Source: Candidatus Cloacimonadales bacterium (GTDB lineage: Bacteria > Cloacimonadota > Cloacimonadia > Cloacimonadales > JAIOQZ01). From it: a stretch of 64,000 nt of DNA. The stretch lies in assembly GCA_963662655.2 (NCBI GenBank), contig CAXXTU010000002.1, positions 3,232,001-3,296,000 of the forward strand, read 5' to 3'. The notes under the pieces are model-generated. The model was given only the letters and a program-made list of their open reading frames with translations. It was not told the origin of the DNA and made no database searches. The position numbers were made by a program, and so were the translations under genes. Shown here one piece after another: positions 55,546 through 64,000 of this stretch. Each line of letters opens with the position of its first letter. Position 1 is the stretch's first letter.

Positions 55546-57666
55546 ATGAAGTATCACCTTTGCGCCATTCTTGTGCTCATTTCAGGCTTCGGCTTCCAGC
55601 TTGTAGCTCAGGAGAACATGAATGTGGACCTTGTGGGGCGAGCGATGCTAAGCCCTATCGGAAGAATGCAAGACATCGTGATCGTCGATCGCTACGCCTA
55701 CGTTGTGGATGAGATCACGGGATTGGTTATTGTGGATATCGTGAATCCGGAGGAGCCGCAAATCGTGGGAATATGCGGTGCGCCGGATCAATCAAATGCC
55801 GTGGCGGTATCGGGAAACTATGCCTACGTGGCGGACGCGAGATGCGGCCTGCGGATCATTGATATCAGCGATCCGGCAGAACCTGTCGAGGTCGGTCGTC
55901 TTGAGACTGGCCAGAGCACGAAGACGGTTGCCATTATCGGAAATTACGCTTATGTGGGTGTGTATAACAACGGAATCTACATTGTCGATATTGCGGACCC
56001 GACAAATCCTGTTGAGGTCAACTTCGTTCTACAGGGAATCTACGCGGACGAAATAGAGATCGCCGGAGATTATGCCTATTTTGTGGATAACGGGACGGAA
56101 CTTACTGTTGTGGACGTATCCAATCCGGAACAACCTGTTGTGGTCGGGTCGCTCGAAATTGGCCATAGCGTCTATTCGGTATCCATATCCGGGGATTACG
56201 CTGCTGTTAGTAAAGGTGACGATTGCATGATTGTAGATATCAGCGATCCGGGTAGTCCCGAAGTTTTATCATCGCTTGATACGGGCTCGTTCCTGGCCGA
56301 TGTTATGTGGAGTGGCGACTTTATCTACTGTGTGTCTCGTCGTGATGGTCTGGTTGTTCTTGATGCGAGCGATCCCGAGAATCTGGAAGCTGTCAGTTAT
56401 CTTGATTTAGGTGAGAACCTTCGTTCCGCGGTTTATTGCGATGGGCATATGTTCGCAGGGGGAAATGGTTTTTTTGCTGTGGATGTCTCGGACCCGAGTC
56501 AGCCCGAACAGGTTGGTGAGATCGAATCCAACGGCTTCTTCTATGATGTCGAGGTATGTGGGGATTATGCATACGTGGCTGCCGAAGAATATGTCCATGT
56601 TCTGGACGTTTCCGATCCAACCATGCCGGTGCTGCTTGATTCAGACAGGCAACCAGGGAATGCATACCAGATTGATATCGAGGGTGATTGTTTGGTTGTT
56701 GCAGATTACAGCGCTGGTGTTCGGATTTATGATGTGGGAGATCCATATTCATTGGAAGAGGTTGCAACAATCGGTGATCACTGGCATGTGCTCGATGTAA
56801 CAATTTCGAATGGTTATGCATATATCGCTATGGGAGGAATGAATGTGGTGGATATAAGCGATCCGGCTAATCCAATGATCGTGTATGAGGATGGAGCTTA
56901 CTCCAGGAGCATCTGTATTGCGGGTGAATATGCTTACCTCGTTAATGGTGGTTTGAGCGTATGGGATATCCATGACCCCTCAGCTCCGGTTTTTTGCGGG
57001 GCTGAAGATATTGGCCTAATGATTAACGGAATCGATGTCGTTGGGAACATCGCTGTGATTGCCGGACCTGAGTATGGTTTTGGCATATATGAGGTTGGCG
57101 ACCCGGAAAATCCTGAGGAGATTTGCCATTACGATGTCCTTGATCAGGCTGCTTATGTAAGGTCGGATGGAGACTTCGCCTATGTTAGCCGTATGTATAA
57201 AGGACTGAGCGTCGTCGATACCAGGGATCCGTACTACCCCGTGGAAACCGGCTATTACGATATGCCCGGATGTGCGATGGACCTGGATGTCGAGAACGGC
57301 TACGTGTACGTCGCGGAGGGGAATGGGATCGCGATTTACGACTGCTCCGGTGCGGGTGTGGACGATCCGGACGGGGATTCACCGGCTTCGGCGTCGCGCC
57401 TGTTGGGGAATTCACCCAATCCTTTCAACCCGGAGACGACCATCCGTTATTCCATTGCGACTTCGGGAGACGTGCAGCTAAGCATCTACAACATCCGGGG
57501 CGAGAAGGTGCGAACCCTGCAAAAAGGCTGGCAGGATTCCGGAGAGCACAGCGTTGTGTGGGACGGGCATGATCAGAGCGGTAAGCCGGTATCAAGCGGC
57601 GTGTATTTGAGCAGCCTGAAAACCTCCGACGTGAGCCAGACAGGGAAAATGCTTCTGTTGAAATAA
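55546..57666 (+). CDS. Secreted LVIVD-repeat protein with FlgD-Ig/T9SS-like C-terminal domain
   Basis: Repeated YAYV...GL.I.D.SDP..P units; NSPNPFNPETTIRY...WDG...SGVY...GKMLLLK. Confidence 0.9.
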   Translation: MKYHLCAILVLISGFGFQLVAQENMNVDLVGRAMLSPIGRMQDIVIVDRYAYVVDEITGLVIVDIVNPEEPQIVGICGAPDQSNAVAVSGNYAYVADARCGLRIIDISDPAEPVEVGRLETGQSTKTVAIIGNYAYVGVYNNGIYIVDIADPTNPVEVNFVLQGIYADEIEIAGDYAYFVDNGTELTVVDVSNPEQPVVVGSLEIGHSVYSVSISGDYAAVSKGDDCMIVDISDPGSPEVLSSLDTGSFLADVMWSGDFIYCVSRRDGLVVLDASDPENLEAVSYLDLGENLRSAVYCDGHMFAGGNGFFAVDVSDPSQPEQVGEIESNGFFYDVEVCGDYAYVAAEEYVHVLDVSDPTMPVLLDSDRQPGNAYQIDIEGDCLVVADYSAGVRIYDVGDPYSLEEVATIGDHWHVLDVTISNGYAYIAMGGMNVVDISDPANPMIVYEDGAYSRSICIAGEYAYLVNGGLSVWDIHDPSAPVFCGAEDIGLMINGIDVVGNIAVIAGPEYGFGIYEVGDPENPEEICHYDVLDQAAYVRSDGDFAYVSRMYKGLSVVDTRDPYYPVETGYYDMPGCAMDLDVENGYVYVAEGNGIAIYDCSGAGVDDPDGDSPASASRLLGNSPNPFNPETTIRYSIATSGDVQLSIYNIRGEKVRTLQKGWQDSGEHSVVWDGHDQSGKPVSSGVYLSSLKTSDVSQTGKMLLLK

Positions 57667-57687
57667 ACGACTGCGCACACTTTTTCG

Positions 57688-57715
57688 AGCCGCTTCCGAT
57701 GGGGGCGGCTTTTTT
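57688..57715 (+). terminator. Intrinsic terminator
   Basis: AGCCGCTTCC-GAT-GGGGGCGGCT-TTTTT. Confidence 0.72.
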
Positions 57716-57975
57716 ATGAGCATATCGGAGGTATGGCGGTTTTATCACAAACGAACTATAAAATGACACCCCCTTGGCAGAAGTTTACAGACGCTCTGTT
57801 TTCCACCCAAGCATCGACGGACTTGCGAGATAGGCGTCTGCAAGCGTTTGTAAAGAAATGGCAGAAACGGTGCGTTTCGTCCCGTTCGGTGCCACCGGTT
57901 TGGCACATGGGTTCCACTCTCGCAGCCGTGTTAAGCCGTTATTTCCGTGGAGATTCGCGCAAACTCATGGGATAT

Positions 57976-58059
57976 CGTCTGTAAAGCGACTGTAAAAGGG
58001 GCGTCTGTAAACGTGTGTAAAGGGCGTTTGTAAAAGAGCGACTGTAAAACGTTTGTAAA
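57976..58059 (+). repeat. Seven direct copies of CGWNTGTAAA (further copies at 57784-57854)
   Basis: Copies at 57976, 57987, 58002, 58012, 58025, 58039, 58050; also 57845, degenerate 57835, inverted 57784-57793. Confidence 0.85.
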
Positions 58060-58131
58060 ACACAATGAAAAAGGCGAGCGTCAAACGACCGGGTGAAACG
58101 AACCCGATCGAACCGATGCTCGCCAATTCTT

Positions 58132-58875
58132 CTAATATAGCCTGAACTGAATCACCACCACACCCACGAGGTGAACGTCCATTGGTGAATCCTCGTCGAG
58201 CACGATGACATTGTAGTCTTTGTTGAATGGGAGGAGGAGTACCTGTTTGTTCTTCGGTACGAGCTGGACCTTCTTCAGCGTGATGCCATCATCGGTTCGA
58301 ACAGCGCAGACCTTACCATCGAGACTCATCCAGTCGTAGTTGTAATGAATGACCACGATGTCGCCATGATGGATGTTCGGCTCCATACTGTGACCGTTCA
58401 CTCGAAACACGCAGTAGTTCACCGTATCGCTCGAAAGGAACACGCGCGGGATTTCGATATACGCGAGGCTGTCTTTCTTCGCTTTGACGGGAGGCCCCGC
58501 AGCAATCTCCGCTTCCACCGGCAGACTCACCGTCCGGCTGAAGTAGTTGTCGGACGGGTTATACGGCCTGCCATCGATGGTCTTGACCGTGTGCTTGAGC
58601 ATTTCGAGCCGCTTCTTCTTGCCGTCCTCGGTCTCGAGTAACGCTTCGGGGAAGGGTTCGATGAACATCGAGCCCTGTCCTGTGAGCAGCCAGTTCATGT
58701 TCACGGCATGCATTTCGCAAATACGAACCAGCGCATCGATGGACGGTTTGCTCTTTTTCTTGTCAGAGAGCCAGTCCGAGAGGTTTCCGGTTGACACGCC
58801 GATAGACGACGCAAAATCCATCTTTTTCATTTCTAACGACTTAACTACAGCCGCCAATCTGTCTTTTACTTCCAT
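58132..58875 (-). CDS. Phage repressor, XRE HTH + S24 peptidase (CI-like)
   Basis: N-terminal HTH, VNMNWLLTGQG, IAAG cleavage site, VNGHSMEP (Ser), TLKK (Lys). Confidence 0.9.
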   Translation of the reverse strand: MEVKDRLAAVVKSLEMKKMDFASSIGVSTGNLSDWLSDKKKSKPSIDALVRICEMHAVNMNWLLTGQGSMFIEPFPEALLETEDGKKKRLEMLKHTVKTIDGRPYNPSDNYFSRTVSLPVEAEIAAGPPVKAKKDSLAYIEIPRVFLSSDTVNYCVFRVNGHSMEPNIHHGDIVVIHYNYDWMSLDGKVCAVRTDDGITLKKVQLVPKNKQVLLLPFNKDYNVIVLDEDSPMDVHLVGVVVIQFRLY

Positions 58876-59018
58876 GCTTTCTCCTGCAATGACTTACAGT
58901 TTATGCGAGAAATCTGTTGACATTTCGCACGCAATTCTTCTTTATTGATGCATGAACTCGAAATTGCACAAACACGAACCGGTGTCAATGGAAAATTTTC
59001 AGCGGAAGGGAGAAGGGA

Positions 59019-59255
59019 TTGAAAAAGTACACGCAAAACGAATTCAAGGCTGCCATAAAGCATAAAGGAATCAGCATTTCCGAGATTTCTGAAACCATAG
59101 GAATTTCGATGCGGATGCTTGAATATTATATGAGGGGCGAGAAGAATATGCGAAAAGCTGACGCATTCCTCGAACTTCTCGAACCGGAATTGAGTCAGAT
59201 TACAGGAGAAGCATTTAGCATAAATGCGAGAGACGCGAGAAGGAGGATCGGATGA
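59019..59255 (+). CDS. Ner/Cro-like HTH protein
   Basis: FKAAIKHKGISISEISETIGIS; divergent from the repressor and coupled to the transposase. Confidence 0.7.
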   Translation: MKKYTQNEFKAAIKHKGISISEISETIGISMRMLEYYMRGEKNMRKADAFLELLEPELSQITGEAFSINARDARRRIG

Positions 59256-61258
59256 ATTGGATGACATGCTCGGAATTGCAGGACATGTTGAACGTATCAC
59301 GTCCGACAGCAGTCAAGATAGCGCGGGAGAAGGGATGGGAGTCACGCTACGAGACCTTGCCGCAGGGAGGGCGTCGCAAGCTGTATGCTGTCCCAGATGA
59401 GAGGACTGAGACGCCGACAGAGCCAGAAACAGCACACGATTCAGAAGAGGACGAACAAGAAGAGTCAGTCTCGATTTCGGTACCAGCTCTACGGGACGAG
59501 ACGATACCCGACCTGCGCCCCAGGCACACCGAACCCATGCATTTTCAGGAGCAGGCGCATCTGCGTGCGCAGCTCTGCGACGCCATTCTTGAAGTCCTGA
59601 GTCGGGCTGACTCCAAGACGGATGCGTGGAAGACAATCGTCGAAGCTTACAACGACAGACGCTTCATGCCGGAGCTGTACGTGGTCGAGGGACATCGCGG
59701 CGAGCGGACATTGCGTCGTTGGGTGCGGAACTACGTCAAAGCGGGACGAGACGCCAGGTCGCTCATCCGCAAGTACACGGTCGCGGAAGCCACACGTAAG
59801 GCGACAGAGACCGAACAGAACTTCCTGCTGCACCTGCTGCTCAACCCCAATCGCATATCCATCGGGTCGGCCATCCGCAAGCTGAAGCAGATGGAAACCT
59901 TGCAGAAGCTGGAGTCACCATCGAGCGAACGAACGCTTCGCCGCTGGTGCGAGGAGTGGCGCGACAGCCACAAACCTGAATGGAACCTGCTCCGCAACGG
60001 CAAGAAAAGCCTCAAGGAGACCGGCATTTTGAGTGTTCTGAGGAGCGACGAACTCGAGGTCGGCGATGTGTGGGTGGCGGACGGTCACAAGCTCGCTTTC
60101 GACATCATCGATCCGGCTACCGGAAAGCCCAGGCGCATGACGATGATCATGTTCTTCGACTGGGCTTCCCGTTACCCGGTGGGAGCGTCGCTGGCGGTTT
60201 CGGAGGACTCGCAGCATGTTCTTCTCGCACTTCGCAACTCGATTATGCATTGGGGAGGCAGGCCGAAATACGTCTATCTCGATAACGGTAAGGCGTTTCG
60301 CTCAAAACTATTCAACAAGCAGTGGGAGAAGCACGACCTGAGCAAGGAGCTGGTGGGTATCTTCCCGCGACTCGGTATTGGCGTGACGTTCGCCAAGGCA
60401 TACAACGCGCGTGCCAAGGTGGTGGAAAGGTTCTTCAGGACGTTTCAAGACGACTTCGAACGGTACATGAGCACCTTCCGGGGCGGTTCCATCGACGACA
60501 AACCTGCCACGCTCAAGCGCAACGAGAAGTGGGTGCTCAACATCTTCGAAGGCAAGCCGCTGACCATCCCGCAAGCGAAGGCGATGATCGGACTTTACAT
60601 AGAGAAGATGTACGGCTTGACGCCCCATACCGGAATCGGCGGACGCAAGCCCTTCGAAGTATTCCACGAAGCGGGGATACCAGCGGAGCAACAAATCGAC
60701 CTGACTCAACTCAACTTCCTGATGCTCTCCGCCACAGACCGCGTGGTGCAGGCGTCCGGAGTTCGCTTCAGCAACATCCATTTCTGGCACGACGAGCTTA
60801 TTCAGCACATCGGCGACAAGGTCACGATACGCTACGACCTGATGGACATGCGCTCGGTGCTCATCTACGACGCGAAAAACCGCTTCATTTGCCAAGCTGA
60901 GGCGCGACGTCACCAGCATCCGTTCATCCATCTCGCCAAGGACAAGCCGCAAGCGCAGAAGGCTCTCCAGAAGGAGTTGCAAAGCATCCGCAAGCTCGAG
61001 AAAAACGTGCAGGAATCGTCCGAGAAGATACTTCTGAAGGTCAACGAAGCCGTCGGCCAGATACAGCAGCCGATGACCGACCAGATCGGCGAGATTTTCG
61101 CAGATCAACCGCTGATCGAGCAGCCGGAGCCGACGCTGACCATCGACGACATCGTCAAGGCGTCGGCGGAGACCGAGACCATTCAAGAAGAGCGAAAGTC
61201 TGGCGAGGATGACGAACCCAGCTTCGCTGAACTGATGAAAGCAATTGGAATAGGATAG
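59252..61258 (+). CDS. Mu-like DDE transposase (MuA)
   Basis: N-terminal HTH (GGRRKLY), WVADGH, YLDNGKAF, KVVERFF, C-terminal IRYDLMD. Confidence 0.92.
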   Translation: MNWMTCSELQDMLNVSRPTAVKIAREKGWESRYETLPQGGRRKLYAVPDERTETPTEPETAHDSEEDEQEESVSISVPALRDETIPDLRPRHTEPMHFQEQAHLRAQLCDAILEVLSRADSKTDAWKTIVEAYNDRRFMPELYVVEGHRGERTLRRWVRNYVKAGRDARSLIRKYTVAEATRKATETEQNFLLHLLLNPNRISIGSAIRKLKQMETLQKLESPSSERTLRRWCEEWRDSHKPEWNLLRNGKKSLKETGILSVLRSDELEVGDVWVADGHKLAFDIIDPATGKPRRMTMIMFFDWASRYPVGASLAVSEDSQHVLLALRNSIMHWGGRPKYVYLDNGKAFRSKLFNKQWEKHDLSKELVGIFPRLGIGVTFAKAYNARAKVVERFFRTFQDDFERYMSTFRGGSIDDKPATLKRNEKWVLNIFEGKPLTIPQAKAMIGLYIEKMYGLTPHTGIGGRKPFEVFHEAGIPAEQQIDLTQLNFLMLSATDRVVQASGVRFSNIHFWHDELIQHIGDKVTIRYDLMDMRSVLIYDAKNRFICQAEARRHQHPFIHLAKDKPQAQKALQKELQSIRKLEKNVQESSEKILLKVNEAVGQIQQPMTDQIGEIFADQPLIEQPEPTLTIDDIVKASAETETIQEERKSGEDDEPSFAELMKAIGIG

Positions 61259-61274
61259 ACGGAGGTTTATTAGC

Positions 61275-62009
61275 ATGAAAGAAAGGGTATTAGCGGAAAC
61301 CGCGAACGTGAAAGGCGCGAAGAAATGCATCGCCTACCTGCAGAACCGACCCAAGACCGAGATGGTCGGCTTGGGACTTCTCTACGGCGCGCCGGGACTG
61401 GGTAAGACCCGCTTCGCCAAGCGGCTCGCCTACACCAACGACTACATTTACCTGCGACTCGAAGCCTCGATGACGGCGAAGGTGTTCGCGCGCGAGCTGC
61501 TTAGCCTTCTTCACTACCGGTACGATGTCTCCGGTGAAGGCTACCACGGTTCAACGAGTACGCTGTTTCGCCGCTGTATCAACGAGCTGCAGGCACATCC
61601 GGACGCCGTTATCGTCATCGATGAGATCGATTACGCCTTCAACCAGCCGATGCTGCTCGGTTCGATCCGAGACATCGTCGACGAGACGCTGGCCATCGTG
61701 GTGTTGGTCGGTATGAAGGACGCCTGTGAGAAGCTGCTCAAGGCAAACGCGCACTATTTCGACAGGTGTAACTACTTCTACGAGTTTCAGCGGCTGTCCC
61801 GCGCAGACGTCCAGCTTGTTTGCAACGCCGTCTCGGACGTCAAAATGTGCTCCGATCTCCTGAGCTACATCCACAAGACCACGCATGGCAACTTCCGACA
61901 GATGATCAAGATTATCGAAGCGGTCGAGAAGGTCGCCGCCGCCATGAACCTGTCTGAAGTCGCGCTCAGCGATCTGCTCGAAACGCAGGAGTTGAAGAAT
62001 GCGTCCTAA
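61275..62009 (+). CDS. AAA+ transposition ATPase (MuB-like)
   Basis: GAPGLGKT, IVIDEID, VVLVGM, GNFR. Confidence 0.9.
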   Translation: MKERVLAETANVKGAKKCIAYLQNRPKTEMVGLGLLYGAPGLGKTRFAKRLAYTNDYIYLRLEASMTAKVFARELLSLLHYRYDVSGEGYHGSTSTLFRRCINELQAHPDAVIVIDEIDYAFNQPMLLGSIRDIVDETLAIVVLVGMKDACEKLLKANAHYFDRCNYFYEFQRLSRADVQLVCNAVSDVKMCSDLLSYIHKTTHGNFRQMIKIIEAVEKVAAAMNLSEVALSDLLETQELKNAS

Positions 62010-62211
62010 CATTCCTGCGAAGCGTATCATCGACCGATTTATCGAATACCATAGGAGACCATTTAGGGTGGCTGATGTAGCGAACGACACGGGACTTCAT
62101 CCTAAGACTGTGCGCAATCTCATGCCGCAGTTCGTCGAAGAAGAGCGCAATAAGGCTTCATTGTACAGAGTGAAGGAAAAACTGCTTGGACTATTTCCAT
62201 CGTATTATTGA
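61999..62211 (+). CDS. HTH protein, possibly truncated by the adjacent AT-rich insert
   Basis: PFRVADVANDTGLHPKTVRN; the 3' end runs into AT-rich DNA and overlaps the convergent gene. Confidence 0.5.
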   Translation: MRPNIPAKRIIDRFIEYHRRPFRVADVANDTGLHPKTVRNLMPQFVEEERNKASLYRVKEKLLGLFPSYY

Positions 62212-62961
62212 ATTCTTCGATGTTTGATCCATTTGTACATTAATAAATTGGTCAATTTTATCAGGGTCAGGATTTTTACGATCAGGTTCTACTTGCTCAT
62301 ACCAGGTCTCCCAATTAGCAGGATCAAGAAAGGTAATCAGCCCAACCCCAAATTCATTGCAAAGGTCAATCAATTCATCAACCTGCTGTGTATTATCCTC
62401 TAATTGCACAACAAGGTAACTATAATGAGAGAAGAGAGAATGAGATGCCGTTTCAAAAACTCCGGTTTTATCTTTATGATAGCCTTTGGGTTTAACTTCA
62501 AAAGTTATTACTTCTATTGAGCGACCAATTTGATATTGATAGGATTTGAGGGCTACAATAGTAATATCTGGTCGCGACCATTTCCCACCGGTTCGTTTCC
62601 TACCTTGGTTAGCAGTAATCTCAATTACAAAATTCTTATCTAAGCGTTTGTCTTTCACCCAGTCCTGTGCAATCACTTTCTTAATATCCGGATACAGGTC
62701 TTTCTCAAGCTTTGCTTCGTGTTGGTCACTTTCTATGATTTCTACATCAGAATTTAAAGGTTCAGTGTCAACGAGTTTGGTAGCGCCTCCCTTGCCCCGT
62801 CCCATTGTTACTTTACCTTCGTCAATCAATTCATTTCTTGCTTCAAAGAATGAATCAGGTGATATTTTAAGGTTTCTCTGCAGTGTAATATTTCCTATAA
62901 TACCATCCGTTGACAGTCTCAGCTCATTCAGAATTCGCTGTTTGATATCATTGATTTCCAT
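62191..62961 (-). CDS. AT-rich cargo gene: winged-HTH-like N-terminus + PD-(D/E)XK nuclease-like domain
   Basis: GRGKGG; WSRPDITIV...ITFEVK motif; GVGLI; AGGAGAAAGGGA RBS; opposite strand to the phage genes. Confidence 0.65.
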   Translation of the reverse strand: MEINDIKQRILNELRLSTDGIIGNITLQRNLKISPDSFFEARNELIDEGKVTMGRGKGGATKLVDTEPLNSDVEIIESDQHEAKLEKDLYPDIKKVIAQDWVKDKRLDKNFVIEITANQGRKRTGGKWSRPDITIVALKSYQYQIGRSIEVITFEVKPKGYHKDKTGVFETASHSLFSHYSYLVVQLEDNTQQVDELIDLCNEFGVGLITFLDPANWETWYEQVEPDRKNPDPDKIDQFINVQMDQTSKNSIIRWK

Positions 62962-63050
62962 AATCCCTTTCTCCTCTTCTATGTTTCAAGATGGATATTC
63001 ATCGAACAATAATAATGTTGTCAAATCATTTAGGGTATGTACGCAATTTT

Positions 63051-63242
63051 ATGAATAGCTACCAACCGGATGAAATCGCGGGCTGCTTGAACGTCAACAT
63101 CTCGACGGTGTACCGGATGATCCGCAGCATAGATGAACCGCTTCCCGCGTTCAGACTGAAGTCGAACGGTCAGCTTCGCGTTCACGGGCAGTCCCTGAAC
63201 AGTTATCTGGCGACGCATCAGGTCGACCCGCTGAACGAGTGA
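63051..63242 (+). CDS. Small excisionase-like HTH DNA-binding protein
   Basis: YQPDEIAGCLNVNISTVYRMI...LPAFR...LRV. Confidence 0.7.
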   Translation: MNSYQPDEIAGCLNVNISTVYRMIRSIDEPLPAFRLKSNGQLRVHGQSLNSYLATHQVDPLNE

Positions 63243-63700
63243 TGGCCGAAAACTACGAAGCCAAACGCGAAAGCTGCCGCGAGATGTTCCTCGCGGGGCG
63301 GACTGTCGTGCGCGAGCTGGCCGACGTGCTCAGCGTCACGCCCAAGACGGTGCGCAAGTGGATCAGGGAGGGCGGCTGGCGTGACGAGCTGGACGAGCTC
63401 GAAACTCTCGACGCGAAGATTCGGCTCAACATCCGCCGCGCCCTCCTGATGGCCCTCAAGCAGTACGCCGACAACCCGCAGGACACGGCGCTGCAGTCGT
63501 TGGTATCGCTCCTGAAGCAGTATCAGAAGGAGCTGGAGCCGAGTAAGGACTTGATCGACCACATGAAGCGGTTCCTGGACTGGCAGATCGATTTCTACCA
63601 CGCTCGCGGCGACGAAGCGACTGCCAAAGCCATTCAGCGCGAGATACTCGGCGACGACGGGCTCGTGGCCTACTTCATGAGTCGCGCCAGCCATGCCTAA
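63242..63700 (+). CDS. Putative terminase small subunit (N-terminal HTH)
   Basis: RELADVLSVTPKTVRKWIREGGW; located immediately before TerL. Confidence 0.65.
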   Translation: MAENYEAKRESCREMFLAGRTVVRELADVLSVTPKTVRKWIREGGWRDELDELETLDAKIRLNIRRALLMALKQYADNPQDTALQSLVSLLKQYQKELEPSKDLIDHMKRFLDWQIDFYHARGDEATAKAIQREILGDDGLVAYFMSRASHA

Positions 63701-64000
63701 ACCGACCCAGAAAGACCTGCGCTTCTTCACTTCCGTCGCGGCGAAGACACCGTCGGTCAAACCCTTCCCCGACGACTCCCCGCAAGCTCGCAAGGCGCGC
63801 ATCGAACGCGCCACAGGCGAGGGTTGGTCGTCCTTTTCCTTCTTCTGCTGCAGCTACTTCCCGCATATCTTCGAGCACCCCTTCTGTGACTGTCACCGCG
63901 AGATGTTCGAGGTGGTGGAAGCCGAGAGCGGCGTTACCGCCATCACGGGATTTCGCGGCTTGGGCAAGACCGTGCTCATGGGCGTCGTCTATCCGATCTG
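63693..64000 (+). CDS. Terminase large subunit, N-terminal part (runs off the window end)
   Basis: Manual translation MPKPTQKDLRFF...FFCCSYFPH...H.EM...AITGFRGLGKT (Walker A). Confidence 0.75.
   Translation, partial: MPKPTQKDLRFFTSVAAKTPSVKPFPDDSPQARKARIERATGEGWSSFSFFCCSYFPHIFEHPFCDCHREMFEVVEAESGVTAITGFRGLGKTVLMGVVYPI

Larger units (their letters stand above)
57720..64000. mobile_element. Mu-like transposable prophage, left part (left boundary approximate; continues past the window)
   Basis: Divergent repressor / ner-like, DDE transposase, AAA MuB-like, TerS, TerL in Mu order; iterated motifs at the left end. Confidence 0.88.

Noticed and set aside
57976..58059. Possible CRISPR array
   Set aside because: Repeats are 10 bp with 0-5 bp gaps; no spacers or cas genes

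Overview
Bacterial chromosomal window. The gene content (FlgD-Ig/T9SS-like C-terminal domains, GLUG and LVIVD surface proteins, TPR signalling proteins, GT9, acidic lipoproteins) suggests an FCB-group diderm such as Cloacimonadota; this is inference only. From left to right it holds: a partial P-loop ATPase, a GT9-methyltransferase-alaS operon, an internally deleted pseudogene of the GLUG family, a DEAD-box helicase and a LamG protein. A TPR-sigma54 activator then sits directly upstream of a palindrome and a -24/-12 promoter, which precede a tandem array of three modular GLUG surface proteins. Next come a two-gene Fe-S/flavin amino-acid oxidoreductase, a WD40-like protein, a signalling block (HK, FapA/DUF342, psuG, two TPR-HK proteins, REC-PAS-GGDEF-EAL), an amidohydrolase and a secreted FlgD-CTD protein. 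The most intriguing locus is tdh-acpS-acsA-[4 paralogous lipoproteins]-carrier protein-[~190-nt rod-like palindrome]-kbl-MFS, which suggests a carrier-protein-tethered acetate+glycine/threonine pathway. The window ends with rsmI, a lipoprotein, an LVIVD protein and the left part of a compact Mu-like prophage (iterated 10-bp motifs, repressor, ner, A, B, an AT-rich nuclease-like cargo gene, TerS, partial TerL). No tRNA, rRNA or CRISPR array was seen.
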